Below are positions 30,156-40,367 of a stretch of DNA of 64,000 nucleotides, in pieces. The DNA lies in assembly GCA_902777355.1 (NCBI GenBank), contig CACYTU010000009.1, positions 26,101-90,100 on the forward strand. The letters are read 5' to 3'. Position numbers and translations under genes: made by a program. This DNA comes from an uncultured Lachnospiraceae bacterium. GTDB lineage: Bacteria; Bacillota; Clostridia; Lachnospirales; Lachnospiraceae. Positions within the stretch are counted from its first letter, which is position 1, and each line of letters opens with the position of its first letter. A model generated the notes under the pieces. It did no database searches, was not told the origin of the DNA, and was given only the letters and a program-made list of their open reading frames with translations.

Positions 30156-31661
30156 ATGGCAATTTACATCAACGAACCTTCACACACCTTCAACGAATAC
30201 CTTCTGATTCCGGGATATTCATCCTGTGAATGCATGCCGGCAAACGTATCTCTCAAAACTCCTCTCGTCAAGTACAGAAAAGATGAAAAGCCTGCGATCG
30301 AACTGACCATACCCATGGTCTCCGCAATCATGCAGTCCGTATCCGGAGACCGCCTGGCTGTGGCGCTCGCCCAGAGCGGAGGTGTCTCCTTTATTTACGG
30401 TTCTCAGTCGATCGAGAGCGAAGCTGCCATGGTGGCACGCGCCAAGGGCTTCAAGGCAGGTTTTGTTCCCAGTGATTCCAATATCTGCCCTGACGCGACC
30501 CTCAAGGATATCCTTGATCTGAAAGAAAAGACCGGACATTCCACGGTCGCCGTGACAGATGACGGCACCGCAAGCGGAAAACTGCTGGGTATCGTCACGA
30601 GCCGTGATTATCGTGTCAGCCGCATGAATCCTGACAAAAAGGTCTCCGAGTTCATGACCCCCATCGAGAAGGTCGTCTCCGCACGGGAGGGCGTGACCAT
30701 CAGTGAGGCCAATGACCTCATCTGGGACAACAAGATCAATCAGCTTCCTATTATCAGTGATGACGGCCGCCTGGTCGCATTCGTCTTCCGCAAGGACTAC
30801 GATGCCCATAAAGAGAACCCCGGCGAAATGCTCGACGCTCAGAAGCGTTTTGTGGTAGGCGCCGGTATCAACACCCGTGACTACGCCGAGCGTGTTCCCG
30901 CCCTTGTTGAGGCGGGTGCAGACGTCCTCTGCATCGATTCCTCCGAGGGCTTCTCCGAGTGGCAGAAGCTGACCCTTGCCTGGATCCGTGAAAAATACGG
31001 CGACACCGTCAAGGTGGGCGCAGGCAATGTTGTGGATAAGGAAGGCTTCCTGTTCCTGGCGGAATGCGGAGCGGACTTTATCAAGGTCGGAATCGGCGGC
31101 GGTTCCATCTGCATCACCCGCGAGACCAAGGGAATCGGCCGAGGCCAGGCTACAGCCCTGATCGAGGTCTGCAAGGCCAGAGACGAATACTTCGAGAAGA
31201 CAGGCATTTATATTCCGGTCTGCTCTGACGGCGGAATCGTCTATGACCATCACATCGCACTGGCTCTGGCCATGGGAGCTGACTTTGTCATGCTGGGCCG
31301 CTACTTCGCCCGCTTTGATGAGAGCCCGACAGAAAAACTGCTCGTGGGCGGCTCCTTCGTCAAGGAGTACTGGGGCGAGGGTTCCAACCGCGCCCGCAAC
31401 TGGCAGCGCTATGACCTGGGCGGCGACAAGAGGCTCACCTTCGAGGAAGGTGTTGACTCCTATGTCCCTTACGCAGGTCCCCTCAAAGAGAACGTCGCCA
31501 AAACCATTCTCAAGGTCAAGTCCACTATGTGCAACTGCGGAGCCCTCTCCATTCCGGAGTTCCAGAAGAAGGCCAAGCTCACTCTTGTCTCTGCGACCAG
31601 TATCGTAGAGGGCGGCGCCCATGACGTCATCCAGAGAGAGAGCGGCAGGACCGAGAAGTAA
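30156..31661 (+). CDS. guaB: IMP dehydrogenase
   Basis: [11 protein letters not shown] pair, [31 protein letters not shown]. Confidence 0.96.
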   Translation: MAIYINEPSHTFNEYLLIPGYSSCECMPANVSLKTPLVKYRKDEKPAIELTIPMVSAIMQSVSGDRLAVALAQSGGVSFIYGSQSIESEAAMVARAKGFKAGFVPSDSNICPDATLKDILDLKEKTGHSTVAVTDDGTASGKLLGIVTSRDYRVSRMNPDKKVSEFMTPIEKVVSAREGVTISEANDLIWDNKINQLPIISDDGRLVAFVFRKDYDAHKENPGEMLDAQKRFVVGAGINTRDYAERVPALVEAGADVLCIDSSEGFSEWQKLTLAWIREKYGDTVKVGAGNVVDKEGFLFLAECGADFIKVGIGGGSICITRETKGIGRGQATALIEVCKARDEYFEKTGIYIPVCSDGGIVYDHHIALALAMGADFVMLGRYFARFDESPTEKLLVGGSFVKEYWGEGSNRARNWQRYDLGGDKRLTFEEGVDSYVPYAGPLKENVAKTILKVKSTMCNCGALSIPEFQKKAKLTLVSATSIVEGGAHDVIQRESGRTEK

Positions 31662-31832
31662 TTCAACTGACATTCAACTGACAGAAGAACGACCTGAATA
31701 TTTAGTGCAGTAAAAAAGTTAATGATGTAAGGGTCAAAAGCAAGGAAAAGACGGATCTGGTCTTACTGCCTTTTGCCCCGGCATCATGTTAATGAAAGGG
31801 CGGTTACTTACACGTAACTGACATTTATTCGT

Positions 31833-31944
31833 GCAGAGTAGGCGGTGGAGCGTCAAGTGCCCGGTGGACAGGGAGTTGTCATCGGGACGAAAAGGAAAAG
31901 CAGATTCTGCTATTCCTTGCGGTTCCGCTGCCGCATCCCGCTGC
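31833..31944 (+). ncRNA. tetrahydrofolate (THF) riboswitch
   Basis: GCAGAGTAGG...GCGTCAAGTG...GGGAGTTG...ACGAAAAG...TTGCGG...CGCATCCCGCTGC matches the THF aptamer pattern; directly upstream of folT. Confidence 0.9.
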
Positions 31945-32009
31945 TACGTCCCGAGCGCTAAAACGCCTCCGATGTAGTAATGGAGAAGAACTGCAAAGGA
32001 GGTGTTTTT

Positions 32010-32657
32010 ATGTCTGAAAAAAAATATCCCGATATGGAAATGTCCGCAGGTGCGGGCACTGTGGAAGCGGCAGAGAAGACGGCAGCCGGGTACACAGCCG
32101 GAGGATCCGGCAAAGAAACCGGCGGAAGAAACAGAAATATTTTTTCTCCTCTCAGCAATATCAGGGTGCTGACCAGTGCGGGAATCTTATCAGCCATTGC
32201 CATTGTTCTGGGATTTTTCAAGATTCCTGTGACACAGCTGATCGAGATTCGCTTCGCCGTTCTTCCTGTCACGATAGCGGCGTATCTGTTTGGGCCTGTA
32301 GTGGGAGGAGCAGTTGGGCTGGTCTCCGATATCGGAGGATACATACTGCGCCCCACCGGACCCTTTTTCCCGGGCTTCACCCTCACATCTGTCGTCACAG
32401 GTGTGATTTTCGGGCTTATGCTCTACAAACGCAAACCCACTCTGCTTCGCATTTTCACTGCGGAGGTTATATATACAGTGATCTGCGGAATGCTCCTCAA
32501 CAGCCTGTGGCTGTCCATGCTATACGGAAACGGGTTTATTCCGGTCCTGACCGCCAGGATTGTAAAGGAACTGGTGATGATCCCGGTCAATACATTGATG
32601 CTGGCTGCGGTTCTGCAGCCTGTGAAAAAGCTGCGGGTGGAATTGGCGGAAAGTTGA
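32010..32657 (+). CDS. folT: folate ECF transporter S component
   Basis: LFGPVVGGAVGLVSDIGGYILRPTGPFFPGFTL; THF riboswitch upstream. Confidence 0.9.
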   Translation: MSEKKYPDMEMSAGAGTVEAAEKTAAGYTAGGSGKETGGRNRNIFSPLSNIRVLTSAGILSAIAIVLGFFKIPVTQLIEIRFAVLPVTIAAYLFGPVVGGAVGLVSDIGGYILRPTGPFFPGFTLTSVVTGVIFGLMLYKRKPTLLRIFTAEVIYTVICGMLLNSLWLSMLYGNGFIPVLTARIVKELVMIPVNTLMLAAVLQPVKKLRVELAES

Positions 32658-32825
32658 AAATAGTTCAAAATACTGCCAATGCAGTATTTTTTACTCCGGA
32701 AATGATATTTTCGCAAGTTACTATACGCGCCCGCTATAGGGCGTGTATGGTAACTTGTAACATATTTTCAAAGGGCCTGAGCTGGCCGGCGGGCCAATCT
32801 GGAATTATTACGGCAGGTGATTTTT

Positions 32826-33251
32826 TTGAAAAAATTGATTCAGCAGTTTTTAAAATTCGGTGTAGTCGGTGTGATCTGCTTTTTTATAGACACCGGGCTC
32901 TACACGATTTGCAATTTAATAGGCATTCCCTACCTGATCTCAGGCGTGATCGGTTTTTCCGTGTCTGTGGTCGTCAACTATCTGCTCAGCATGAAGTATG
33001 TCTTTGTGCGGCGCGACGATCTGTCCAGGAAAAAGGAATTTGCAATCTACCTGATTCTCAGTGTGATCGGGCTGTGCCTCAATGAACTGATCCTTTTTAT
33101 CTGTGTGGACCTGATTTACGGGAACTGGGCCTGGCTGCAGTCCTTTATGCATCCCCGGGCAGCGGAAATTCTGGCCAAGATCGGCGCCACCGGCATTGTC
33201 ATGGTCTACAACTTTGTGACGCGCAAGATCTTCATGGAGCGCAGGGATTAA
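32826..33251 (+). CDS. GtrA family membrane protein
   Basis: QFLKFGVVGV...NYLLSMKYVF...AKIGATGIVMVYNFVTRKIF; exact start uncertain. Confidence 0.88.
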   Translation: MKKLIQQFLKFGVVGVICFFIDTGLYTICNLIGIPYLISGVIGFSVSVVVNYLLSMKYVFVRRDDLSRKKEFAIYLILSVIGLCLNELILFICVDLIYGNWAWLQSFMHPRAAEILAKIGATGIVMVYNFVTRKIFMERRD

Positions 33252-33455
33252 AGCGGCAGATTAAAGCGGCAGGCTGGAACAGCAGACAAAAGCAGCAGGC
33301 TGAAGCGGCGGACTGCAGCAGCAGACAAGAGCAGCAGGCTGAAGCGGTGGACTGCAGCAGCAGACAAAAGCAGCAGCCTGGAGCAGCGGGTAAAAAACAG
33401 CAGCCTGGAGCAGCGGACAAAAGCAGGAGGCTGAAGCGGCAGGCTGAAGCGGCGG
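33246..33455. repeat. degenerate GCAG-rich tandem repeats
   Basis: Units such as GCAGCAGACAAAAGCAGCAGGCTGAAGCGG starting at the gtrA stop codon. Confidence 0.75.
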
Positions 33456-33715
33456 CACGGCCGCGGTGCACGGGACAAATCACGGGTATTGCGCAATGCA
33501 GATTTGTGGCCCGCTCCCGAGTCCTGCGCGATGAAGAATGAAAAAGATTGTCGGTATACCTGAGGCGCGGAGTAGAGACCTCTGTGCTTCAGGTTTTTTG
33601 GCAAAAAACAAGTGGCATGTACTAAAACTCTTAAATTGGTACTTTTAACAAGGCCAGTTGGTGCTATACTTTTTCTCGTTAAAGATTTAAAGAGATAAAT
33701 TCGGAGGTATATAAA

Positions 33716-34267
33716 ATGACGTCGCTTACCAGGCAAAAGAAGGCCGATCTGTCTTTGAGAGAAATCAATAAATCAAAATGGATCACAGCCACTGCTGTTT
33801 TTATGGGAATGAATATCGCCCTCTGTGCCTTCGGGATTCCCGTTCCGGGAGGTCATTTATATTTGAATGACGTGGTGATCTGCACGGCCTCTCTTCTGCT
33901 GGATCCTGTGGGGGCCTTCATCGTCGGAGGAATCGGGGCATTTCTCGGTGATTTTATTTTTTATCCCATCCCCATGTTTGTTTCACTGGCAGCTCACGGC
34001 CTGCAGGCAGCCATGATTTCCATGTTGTTCCACAGTCTGTTTCCGGGTCACCGCAGGCTGTCCGCATTCATTTCCACCGCGGTCGGGGCGGTGATCATGG
34101 TAACGCTTTACACGCTGGGAAAGATTTTTGTCTACAGCACCTTCGAGTACGCCATGATCAAGCTTCCCTATGAAATTGCACAGGCTCTTCTCGGAATGGC
34201 GGGATCAATGCTCCTGTGCTTCCGCGGAGGAATCCTCGATTCCTTCAGCAGAATCATGAGAGATTAA
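33716..34267 (+). CDS. ECF transporter S component (substrate unknown)
   Basis: IPVPGGHLYLNDVVI, GAFIVGGIGAFLGD, SLAAHGLQA; multiple TM helices. Confidence 0.88.
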   Translation: MTSLTRQKKADLSLREINKSKWITATAVFMGMNIALCAFGIPVPGGHLYLNDVVICTASLLLDPVGAFIVGGIGAFLGDFIFYPIPMFVSLAAHGLQAAMISMLFHSLFPGHRRLSAFISTAVGAVIMVTLYTLGKIFVYSTFEYAMIKLPYEIAQALLGMAGSMLLCFRGGILDSFSRIMRD

Positions 34268-34300
34268 AGAGTCAGAAAATTGACAGCGGAGGGAATGACA

Positions 34301-34885
34301 ATGGAATTGATACACGTAGAAGGTCAGAATCTGGACTCAATCCGCAGCCAGGCTTACAGGGCTGCAGCAGAAGTGTGCGAGGCCGCAAAGCTCAAAAAGG
34401 GAGATCTCTTTGTAGTGGGATGTTCCACCAGCGAAGTGCTTGGAGAGAAGATTGGGACTTATTCCAGTATGGATGCGGCAGGAGCTCTTTTTGAAGGAAT
34501 AAGCAAGGCCCTTGGTGAGAGGGGAATATATCTGGCAGCCCAGTGCTGTGAACATCTGGGACGCGCTCTGATCGTTGAGCGCGAGGCATGTGACAGGTTC
34601 AGGCTGGAAGAGGTGAATGTAATCCCGCAGCCCAAGGCAGGGGGATCCTTCGGGACAACGGCCTGGAAGAGATTCAGGGATCCCGTGGCTGTGGAAGACC
34701 TTCGACAGTCCGCGTCCGCGGGCATTGATATCGGCGGAACACTGATCGGCATGCATATTCATCCCGTTGTGGTCCCGCTCCGGATCTCTATGAAAAAGAT
34801 CGGAGAGGCGGCTATCATATGTGCCCGCCGCCGGCCGAAATTTGTCGGCGGCTGCAGAGCGGTCTACAACGAGGAACTCATGTGA
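34301..34885 (+). CDS. TIGR01440/DUF436 (YwlG-like) protein
   Basis: VVGCSTSEV, AQCCEHL, VIPQPKAGGS, GIDIGGTLIGMH, RPKFVGG. Confidence 0.9.
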   Translation: MELIHVEGQNLDSIRSQAYRAAAEVCEAAKLKKGDLFVVGCSTSEVLGEKIGTYSSMDAAGALFEGISKALGERGIYLAAQCCEHLGRALIVEREACDRFRLEEVNVIPQPKAGGSFGTTAWKRFRDPVAVEDLRQSASAGIDIGGTLIGMHIHPVVVPLRISMKKIGEAAIICARRRPKFVGGCRAVYNEELM

Positions 34886-34950
34886 GAGCGGCCTGCATTG
34901 AAGGGCTCATGTGAGAGCGGTCTGCAACGAGTAACTCATGTGAGAGCGGC
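34861..34950. repeat. three approx. 29-bp copies of the gene end (CTCATGTGAGAGCGG)
   Basis: Stop-codon region of the DUF436 gene repeated three times. Confidence 0.8.
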
Positions 34951-34971
34951 ATTTCGGAAAGGAAAAATGAG

Positions 34972-35232
34972 ATGGACTATATCAGACTTCCGCACAGCAT
35001 AAAGCGCAAAAATGACAACGGAAAGATTCTGGCGGAGATCACATTTCCGGAAGAAAGCCCCGGGATTTACAATATTGATCACACCTATGTCAGCGAAGAA
35101 CTGCGCTGTCAGGGCGAGGCGGACAGGCTGGTAAAAATGGCGGTTGACCAGATCCGCGGGCAGGGAGGAGAGGTCCGTGCGACCTGTTCTTATGCATCGA
35201 ACTGGCTGAAAAAGAACGGATATAATACTTGA
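34972..35232 (+). CDS. small GNAT acetyltransferase (YjdJ-like)
   Basis: IDHTYVSEELRCQGEA..LV, ATCSYA. Confidence 0.85.
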   Translation: MDYIRLPHSIKRKNDNGKILAEITFPEESPGIYNIDHTYVSEELRCQGEADRLVKMAVDQIRGQGGEVRATCSYASNWLKKNGYNT

Positions 35233-35283
35233 AAAAGGGTCTGCCCGAAACAGAAGAGTTCGGACAGACCTTTGACTTTTTTT
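35232..35283. terminator. terminator between convergent genes
   Basis: AAGGGTCTGCCCGAA...TTCGGACAGACCTTT followed by a T-run. Confidence 0.65.
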
Positions 35284-35371
35284 ATCAGAAAATGCTGTAT
35301 GTAGTTTTCGATGTTTCCCGATCGTTCCTGTGGATTTCAGTGTTCAGAAAAAGCTGGGACTCATTAGGGAC

Positions 35372-36310
35372 TTACTCGAGGCCTGTTGCCTCATCGATGC
35401 CCAGCATGATGTTCATATTCTGGACAGCGGCTCCGGAGGCGCCTTTGCCGAGATTGTCAAAGAGGGCAGTGACAGTGGTCTGTTCTTCGTGCCCGCACAC
35501 CACCAGCTTCAGGTGGTTTGTGCCGGCCAGCTCTGCCGCGTAAATCGTGGAGTTGTTCTCTCCAAAGGGAAGGACACTCACAAAGTGGGATTCGCTGTAA
35601 TATTCCTGCAGCTTCCCGCAGATCGTTTCCGCGGAAGGTGAACCCGGCAGCAGGCGGTTGTGCAGCATAATCGTTGTGGCCATCCCCTTATAGTAATCAT
35701 CCACTACGGGCAGGAAGACGGGAGGGTTCGGAAGACCGCAGACTTTCTGCATCTCGGGTATATGCTTGTGGTGAAGAGTCAGGCCGTAGATTCCGGGAGC
35801 GAAGAGGGCCTGTGCCTTGTCGGCAGCCTCATATGAAGCGATCATCTTCTTGCCGCCGCCGGAATATCCTGTCAGCGAAAAGCAGGTGAAAGGATAGTCC
35901 GCCGGAACGATACCCATACGGACCAGGGGAGCTGCGCAGGATATAAAGCCTGTGGCATGGCAGCCGGGATTGGCGACCCGCTTGCTGTGGGCGATGGCAT
36001 CGCGCTGCTGAGCGGAGAGCTCCGGAAACCCGTAGGTCCAGTCATCGTTTGTGCGGTGGGCGGTCGAGGCATCGATTACGCGCACATCGGGATTGTCGAT
36101 CAGAGAGACCGCTTCGCGGGCTCCGTCATCGGGAAGACACAAAAAGACAATGTCCGCGGCGTTGATAAATTTCCGCCTCTCATCGTTGTCGTGCCTCTTG
36201 TCCTCGTCGATCCGCAGGAGTTCCAGATCATCCCTTGCCCCGATCCGGTCAAAAATCTGCAGACCGGTCGTGCCGCTCTGTCCGTCGATGTATACTTTTG
36301 TTTTGCTCAT
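35372..36310 (-). CDS. argC: N-acetyl-gamma-glutamyl-phosphate reductase (type 2)
   Basis: IDGQSGTTGL, IDASTAHR, VANPGCHATG, TGYSGGGK, DNLGKGASGAAVQNMN. Confidence 0.96.
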   Translation of the reverse strand: MSKTKVYIDGQSGTTGLQIFDRIGARDDLELLRIDEDKRHDNDERRKFINAADIVFLCLPDDGAREAVSLIDNPDVRVIDASTAHRTNDDWTYGFPELSAQQRDAIAHSKRVANPGCHATGFISCAAPLVRMGIVPADYPFTCFSLTGYSGGGKKMIASYEAADKAQALFAPGIYGLTLHHKHIPEMQKVCGLPNPPVFLPVVDDYYKGMATTIMLHNRLLPGSPSAETICGKLQEYYSESHFVSVLPFGENNSTIYAAELAGTNHLKLVVCGHEEQTTVTALFDNLGKGASGAAVQNMNIMLGIDEATGLE

Positions 36311-36327
36311 GTGATATCCTTTCTCTC

Positions 36328-36442
36328 TGTTAACAGATCTAAATGTTAACAGATATATATGCCAACAGATCCATATGTTAACAGATTCATATGCCAACAG
36401 ATCCATATGTTAACAGATCCATGTGTCAACAGATGTTAACAG
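36328..36442. repeat. about seven tandem 16-bp repeats TG(T/C)(T/C)AACAGATCCATA
   Basis: Units at 36328, 36344, 36360, 36376, 36392, 36408 and 36424, plus a partial one at 36434. Confidence 0.9.
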
Positions 36443-36520
36443 GCTGTTCCAATGGCGGAGGTACTATACTATAATTCCTGAAACCAGTTGTTTGAATCAG
36501 AAATTAACTGAGGAAATACT

Positions 36521-37279
36521 ATGACTTTGAAAGATTTTTTTGAAAAATACAATCGTGTCGCACTGGGATTTTCCGGCGGTGTGGATTCCTCCTATCTGTT
36601 GTGGGCGGCTGTCCATTACGGGGCAAAAGCAGGTGTGTATTATGTCAGCACTGCCTTTCAGCCGGAATTTGAGCGACGGGACGCAATCCGTCTGGCCGGA
36701 TCCCTGGGAATAGATCCCGTGATCCTCGAGGTGGATATTCTGTCATGCGGAGAAGTGGTTTCCAATCCGCCCGACAGATGCTACTACTGTAAACAGCAGA
36801 TCTTCGGGGCGATCAGCCGGCGTGCGCTTTCGGATGGATATACCATTCTTCTGGATGGCACCAACGCCAGTGATGACGCTTCCGACCGCCCGGGAATGCG
36901 GGCGCTGAAGGAACTTTCTGTTCTCTCCCCACTCCGCATGTGCGGGCTTACAAAAGAGGAGATCCGCAGGAGGTCAAGGGAAGCGGGACTTTTCACGTGG
37001 AATAAGCCCGCTTACGCATGTCTGGCAACCCGGACTCCGGCTGGAGAAATGCTGACTGCGCGGATCCTCGAGAGGACAGAGCACGCTGAAACATCGCTGC
37101 ACCGACTTGGATTTACGGATTTCCGAGTGCGGCACAAGGGAGAGACCCCGGTGATTGAGGTGACCCCGGATCAACTCGGGCTGCTTCATGCCGAACAGGA
37201 TCGTATCATTGCCATTCTCAAAGAATGCGGATATGGAAACCCTCAGTTTATGGCAAAGGAACGTACTCCTTCGAAATAA
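36521..37279 (+). CDS. larE: LarE-family PP-loop sulfur transferase
   Basis: FSGGVDSS, NPPDRCYYCK, DGTNASD..DRPG, WNKPAYACLATR. Confidence 0.88.
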   Translation: MTLKDFFEKYNRVALGFSGGVDSSYLLWAAVHYGAKAGVYYVSTAFQPEFERRDAIRLAGSLGIDPVILEVDILSCGEVVSNPPDRCYYCKQQIFGAISRRALSDGYTILLDGTNASDDASDRPGMRALKELSVLSPLRMCGLTKEEIRRRSREAGLFTWNKPAYACLATRTPAGEMLTARILERTEHAETSLHRLGFTDFRVRHKGETPVIEVTPDQLGLLHAEQDRIIAILKECGYGNPQFMAKERTPSK

Positions 37280-37830
37280 AGGAAGGCAGACGAAAAACAC
37301 AGCCCGGGCATGTAAGCAGGATTAAGACTGCCTGCATATGCAGCGGGGGACGGATCAGCCCCTGTTAGGCAGCTCATAGTATATATCATATCACAATATT
37401 TTTCACCTTACGCGTTTTATTTATGAAGGCAAAGCAAACCGGGACTAAGTAAACCGGGAAAAAGTGAACAGAAGTTAAGGTAACCACACCGAAACTCCAC
37501 TGCAAAGTTTCATAGCAATGCTTTGAAGGCAGGACTTTGGTATGCTGCACCAAAGCAGACCAATAAAGCAAAATGTGTGAACAGAATGTGTGAAAAATCA
37601 GCTTATTCAAATATTATTTGCTTTTTAAGGGGCAATTTTTGGCAATAGGATTTGTTTTCTGATTTTTTGCTTGAAAAAAACGCAGAAAAATGAATGGTTA
37701 CTATAGATAATAATTGAGATACAGAAGTCAAAGTGGTATATTATTTGGCGTGGATGCCTCGTTATGGTATTTCATGTAAAATACTACGGGCATTCGGTTA
37801 TTGTATTTTTATTTTACAGGAGGAAGTATT

Positions 37831-38961
37831 ATGGCATATTGCGTTAATTGTGGGCAGCAGATTCCTGACGGAGCATCTTTCTGTACACACTGCGGAGCTA
37901 CACAGACAACCCATATGCAGTCACCTGAGCAAAATACTGCCCCGTATTCATCACCTTATGGCGGAAGTACATCAGGAACTGATTATTCGTATACCAGCAG
38001 TTATGATGCAGGTCAGAGCAGCTACAACGCAGGCCAGGGCGGCTACAATGCGGGTCAGGGCGGCTATGACGCAGGCCAGAGCGGCTACAATGCGGGTCAG
38101 GGCGGCTATGACGCAGGCCAGAGCAGCTACAATGCGGGTCAGGGCAGCTATGACGCAGGCCAGAGCAGCTACAACGCAGGCCAGGGCGGCTACAATGCGG
38201 GTCAGGGCGGCTATGACGCAGGCCAGGGCGGCTATGACGCAGGCCAGAGCAGCTACAACGCAGGCCAGAGCAGCTACAACGCATGCCAGGGCGGCTATAA
38301 CGCAGGCCAGGGCAGCTATGACGCAGGCCAGAGCAGCTACAACGCAGGCCAGGGCAGCTATAATGCGGGCCAGGGCGGCTATGACACAGGCCAGACCAGC
38401 TATAATGCGGGTCAGGGCAGCTATAACGCAGGCCAGGGCAGCTATGGCGCAGGCCAGAGCAGCAATAATACAGCAGGAGGTTATAATATGAGTCAGAATA
38501 ATTACGATCCAACAGGCGGCTACAACGCAGGCCAGGGAGGCTACGGTTCTTACGGTTCTGTGGGAGGCGGGCCTACACCGAGTATGTCTTTCGTCGAGGC
38601 GGTTCAGACCTGTGTAGCCCAAAAATACGCAACATTCGGCGGAAGAGCACGGAGAAGTGAATACTGGTACTATACCCTGTTCTCACTCCTTGTTTCTTTA
38701 GTGGCGTCTATAGTAGGCGGCGCCCTGTTTGTTCATGCTGAGGGAGATATCAATATCCTGTCAGCTCTCGTTTCAATTGCACTGTTTCTGCCCGGTCTCG
38801 GGGTGGCTATCCGCCGTCTCCACGATATAGGCAAATCCGGATGGTGGTATCTGATCGCTCTTGTACCTTTTATCGGATGGATCGTCCTTCTGATATTTAT
38901 GTGCAGAGACAGCGACCGCGGACCCAACCAGTTCGGACCCAGCCCCAAGTATCCCGGATGA
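37831..38961 (+). CDS. zinc-ribbon + heptad-repeat + DUF805 membrane protein
   Basis: YCVNCG...FCTHCG; 22 x Y(N/D)AGQ(G/S)(G/S); FGGRARRSEYW, RRLHDIGKSGW, GPNQFGP. Confidence 0.9.
   Translation: MAYCVNCGQQIPDGASFCTHCGATQTTHMQSPEQNTAPYSSPYGGSTSGTDYSYTSSYDAGQSSYNAGQGGYNAGQGGYDAGQSGYNAGQGGYDAGQSSYNAGQGSYDAGQSSYNAGQGGYNAGQGGYDAGQGGYDAGQSSYNAGQSSYNACQGGYNAGQGSYDAGQSSYNAGQGSYNAGQGGYDTGQTSYNAGQGSYNAGQGSYGAGQSSNNTAGGYNMSQNNYDPTGGYNAGQGGYGSYGSVGGGPTPSMSFVEAVQTCVAQKYATFGGRARRSEYWYYTLFSLLVSLVASIVGGALFVHAEGDINILSALVSIALFLPGLGVAIRRLHDIGKSGWWYLIALVPFIGWIVLLIFMCRDSDRGPNQFGPSPKYPG
38002..38463 (+). repeat. 22 x 21-bp coding tandem repeat
   Basis: TA(C/T)(A/G)A(C/T)GC(A/G)GG(C/T)CAG(A/G)GC(A/G)GC units. Confidence 0.92.
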
Positions 38962-39036
38962 GTCAGTCACAAACGCAGGCAGGCTGAACAGCCTGAAGAT
39001 GATTAGAGAAACCCCGCATGTCATGCGGAACTGATG

Positions 39037-39080
39037 AAAAATAATTCCTGATATTGACAAGTATCAGGAATTATTTTTTT
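39037..39080 (+). terminator. rho-independent terminator
   Basis: AAAAATAATTCCTGATA...TATCAGGAATTATTTTTTT. Confidence 0.75.
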
Positions 39081-39331
39081 ATGACACGGCTTGTGTAATG
39101 TGTTTTTTATGAATAAACAAAAATCATCCTTGAAGTTTCGCACATTTGTGGTATGATTCTATATATTTTTTTAAAAAATAGTGATACTAAAACGTTTTCA
39201 TTCGCAGCGTATAACACAGCGAAACGGATGGGTCAGCAGAGCAGTGTTCAGGCAGCCGCTCTTCTGCCATGCCGTGAGTCCGAATCGAAGCCGCCGCAGC
39301 GACGGCGTACCGGAAAGGAGACAAGTAGAAT

Positions 39332-40315
39332 ATGCAGACACGCAGACGTCCTGAAAACATGGAAAGAATCAATACGCCCGCTCTGGCGCAGGCTTTCATT
39401 GATGAGCAGATCAAAGAGATCAAAGAGCAGGTCGGAGACAAGAAGGTTCTCCTGGCACTCTCCGGCGGTGTAGATTCCTCCGTCGTCGCAGCTCTCCTGA
39501 TCAAAGCGATCGGCCAGAACCTGGTATGTGTACATGTCAACCACGGACTGCTCCGCAAGGGCGAGCCCGAGCAGGTTATCAAGGTATTCCGCGACGAGAT
39601 GAATGCCAACCTCATTTATGTCGACGCGACAGACCGCTTCCTGGACAAGCTGGCAGGCGTCTCCGATCCCGAGGAAAAGAGACACATTATCGGCGGCGAG
39701 TTCATCGAAGTGTTCGCAGAGGAAGCCAGAAAGCTTGACGGCATCGAGTTCCTGGCACAGGGCACCATCTGGCCCGATATTCTGGAGAGCGAAGCAGGTA
39801 TCAAGGCACACCACAACGCAGGCGGCCTTCCCGAGGATCTGCAGTTTGAGCTGGTAGAACCCGTCCTCACACTCTTTAAAGATGAAGTCCGTGAAGTCGG
39901 CAGAGCCCTCGGCCTTCCTGCAGGCATGGTCGACCGCCAACCCTTCCCCGGCCCCGGTCTGGGTGTCCGCTGCCCCGGCGCCATCACCCGTGACCGCCTT
40001 GAAGCAGTCCGCGAGTCCGATGCCATCCTCCGCGAGGAGTTTGCAAAGAACGGCCTTGAGGGCAAGGTATGGCAGTACTTCACTGTCGTTCCGGACTTCA
40101 AGTCCACCGGTGTCAAGGACGGCAAGCGCACCTTTGACTGGCCCTGCATCATCCGCGCCATCAACACCACCGACGTCATGGAAGTCACTGTCGAGCACCT
40201 GCCCGCAGAACTGATCGACCACCTGGTGCAGAGGATCATCACCGAGGTTCCCGGCATCAACCGCGTCCTCTATGATTTCACTCCCAAGCCCCCGGCAACC
40301 GTAGAGTACGAATAA
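39332..40315 (+). CDS. GMP synthase ATP-pyrophosphatase subunit (no glutaminase domain)
   Basis: Starts directly at the ATPPase domain: [44 protein letters not shown]. Confidence 0.92.
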   Translation: MQTRRRPENMERINTPALAQAFIDEQIKEIKEQVGDKKVLLALSGGVDSSVVAALLIKAIGQNLVCVHVNHGLLRKGEPEQVIKVFRDEMNANLIYVDATDRFLDKLAGVSDPEEKRHIIGGEFIEVFAEEARKLDGIEFLAQGTIWPDILESEAGIKAHHNAGGLPEDLQFELVEPVLTLFKDEVREVGRALGLPAGMVDRQPFPGPGLGVRCPGAITRDRLEAVRESDAILREEFAKNGLEGKVWQYFTVVPDFKSTGVKDGKRTFDWPCIIRAINTTDVMEVTVEHLPAELIDHLVQRIITEVPGINRVLYDFTPKPPATVEYE

Positions 40316-40322
40316 ACTACTC

Positions 40323-40367
40323 ATCCCCGCAAACCCAGTAAAACAAAGGGTTTGCGGGGATTTTTTT
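40323..40367 (+). terminator. terminator/att-adjacent hairpin
   Basis: ATCCCCGCAAACCC...GGGTTTGCGGGGAT followed by a T-run. Confidence 0.75.

Noticed and set aside
33232-33736. Cys/Ala/Leu-rich small ORFs
   Set aside because: Translations of the degenerate GCAG repeat tract with no RBS support.
37733-38622. Alternative-frame repeat ORFs (TQARAA..., CSRPGL..., ALACVIA...)
   Set aside because: Stop-free by-products of the 21-bp repeat; only the 37831 frame links the zinc ribbon and DUF805 domains.
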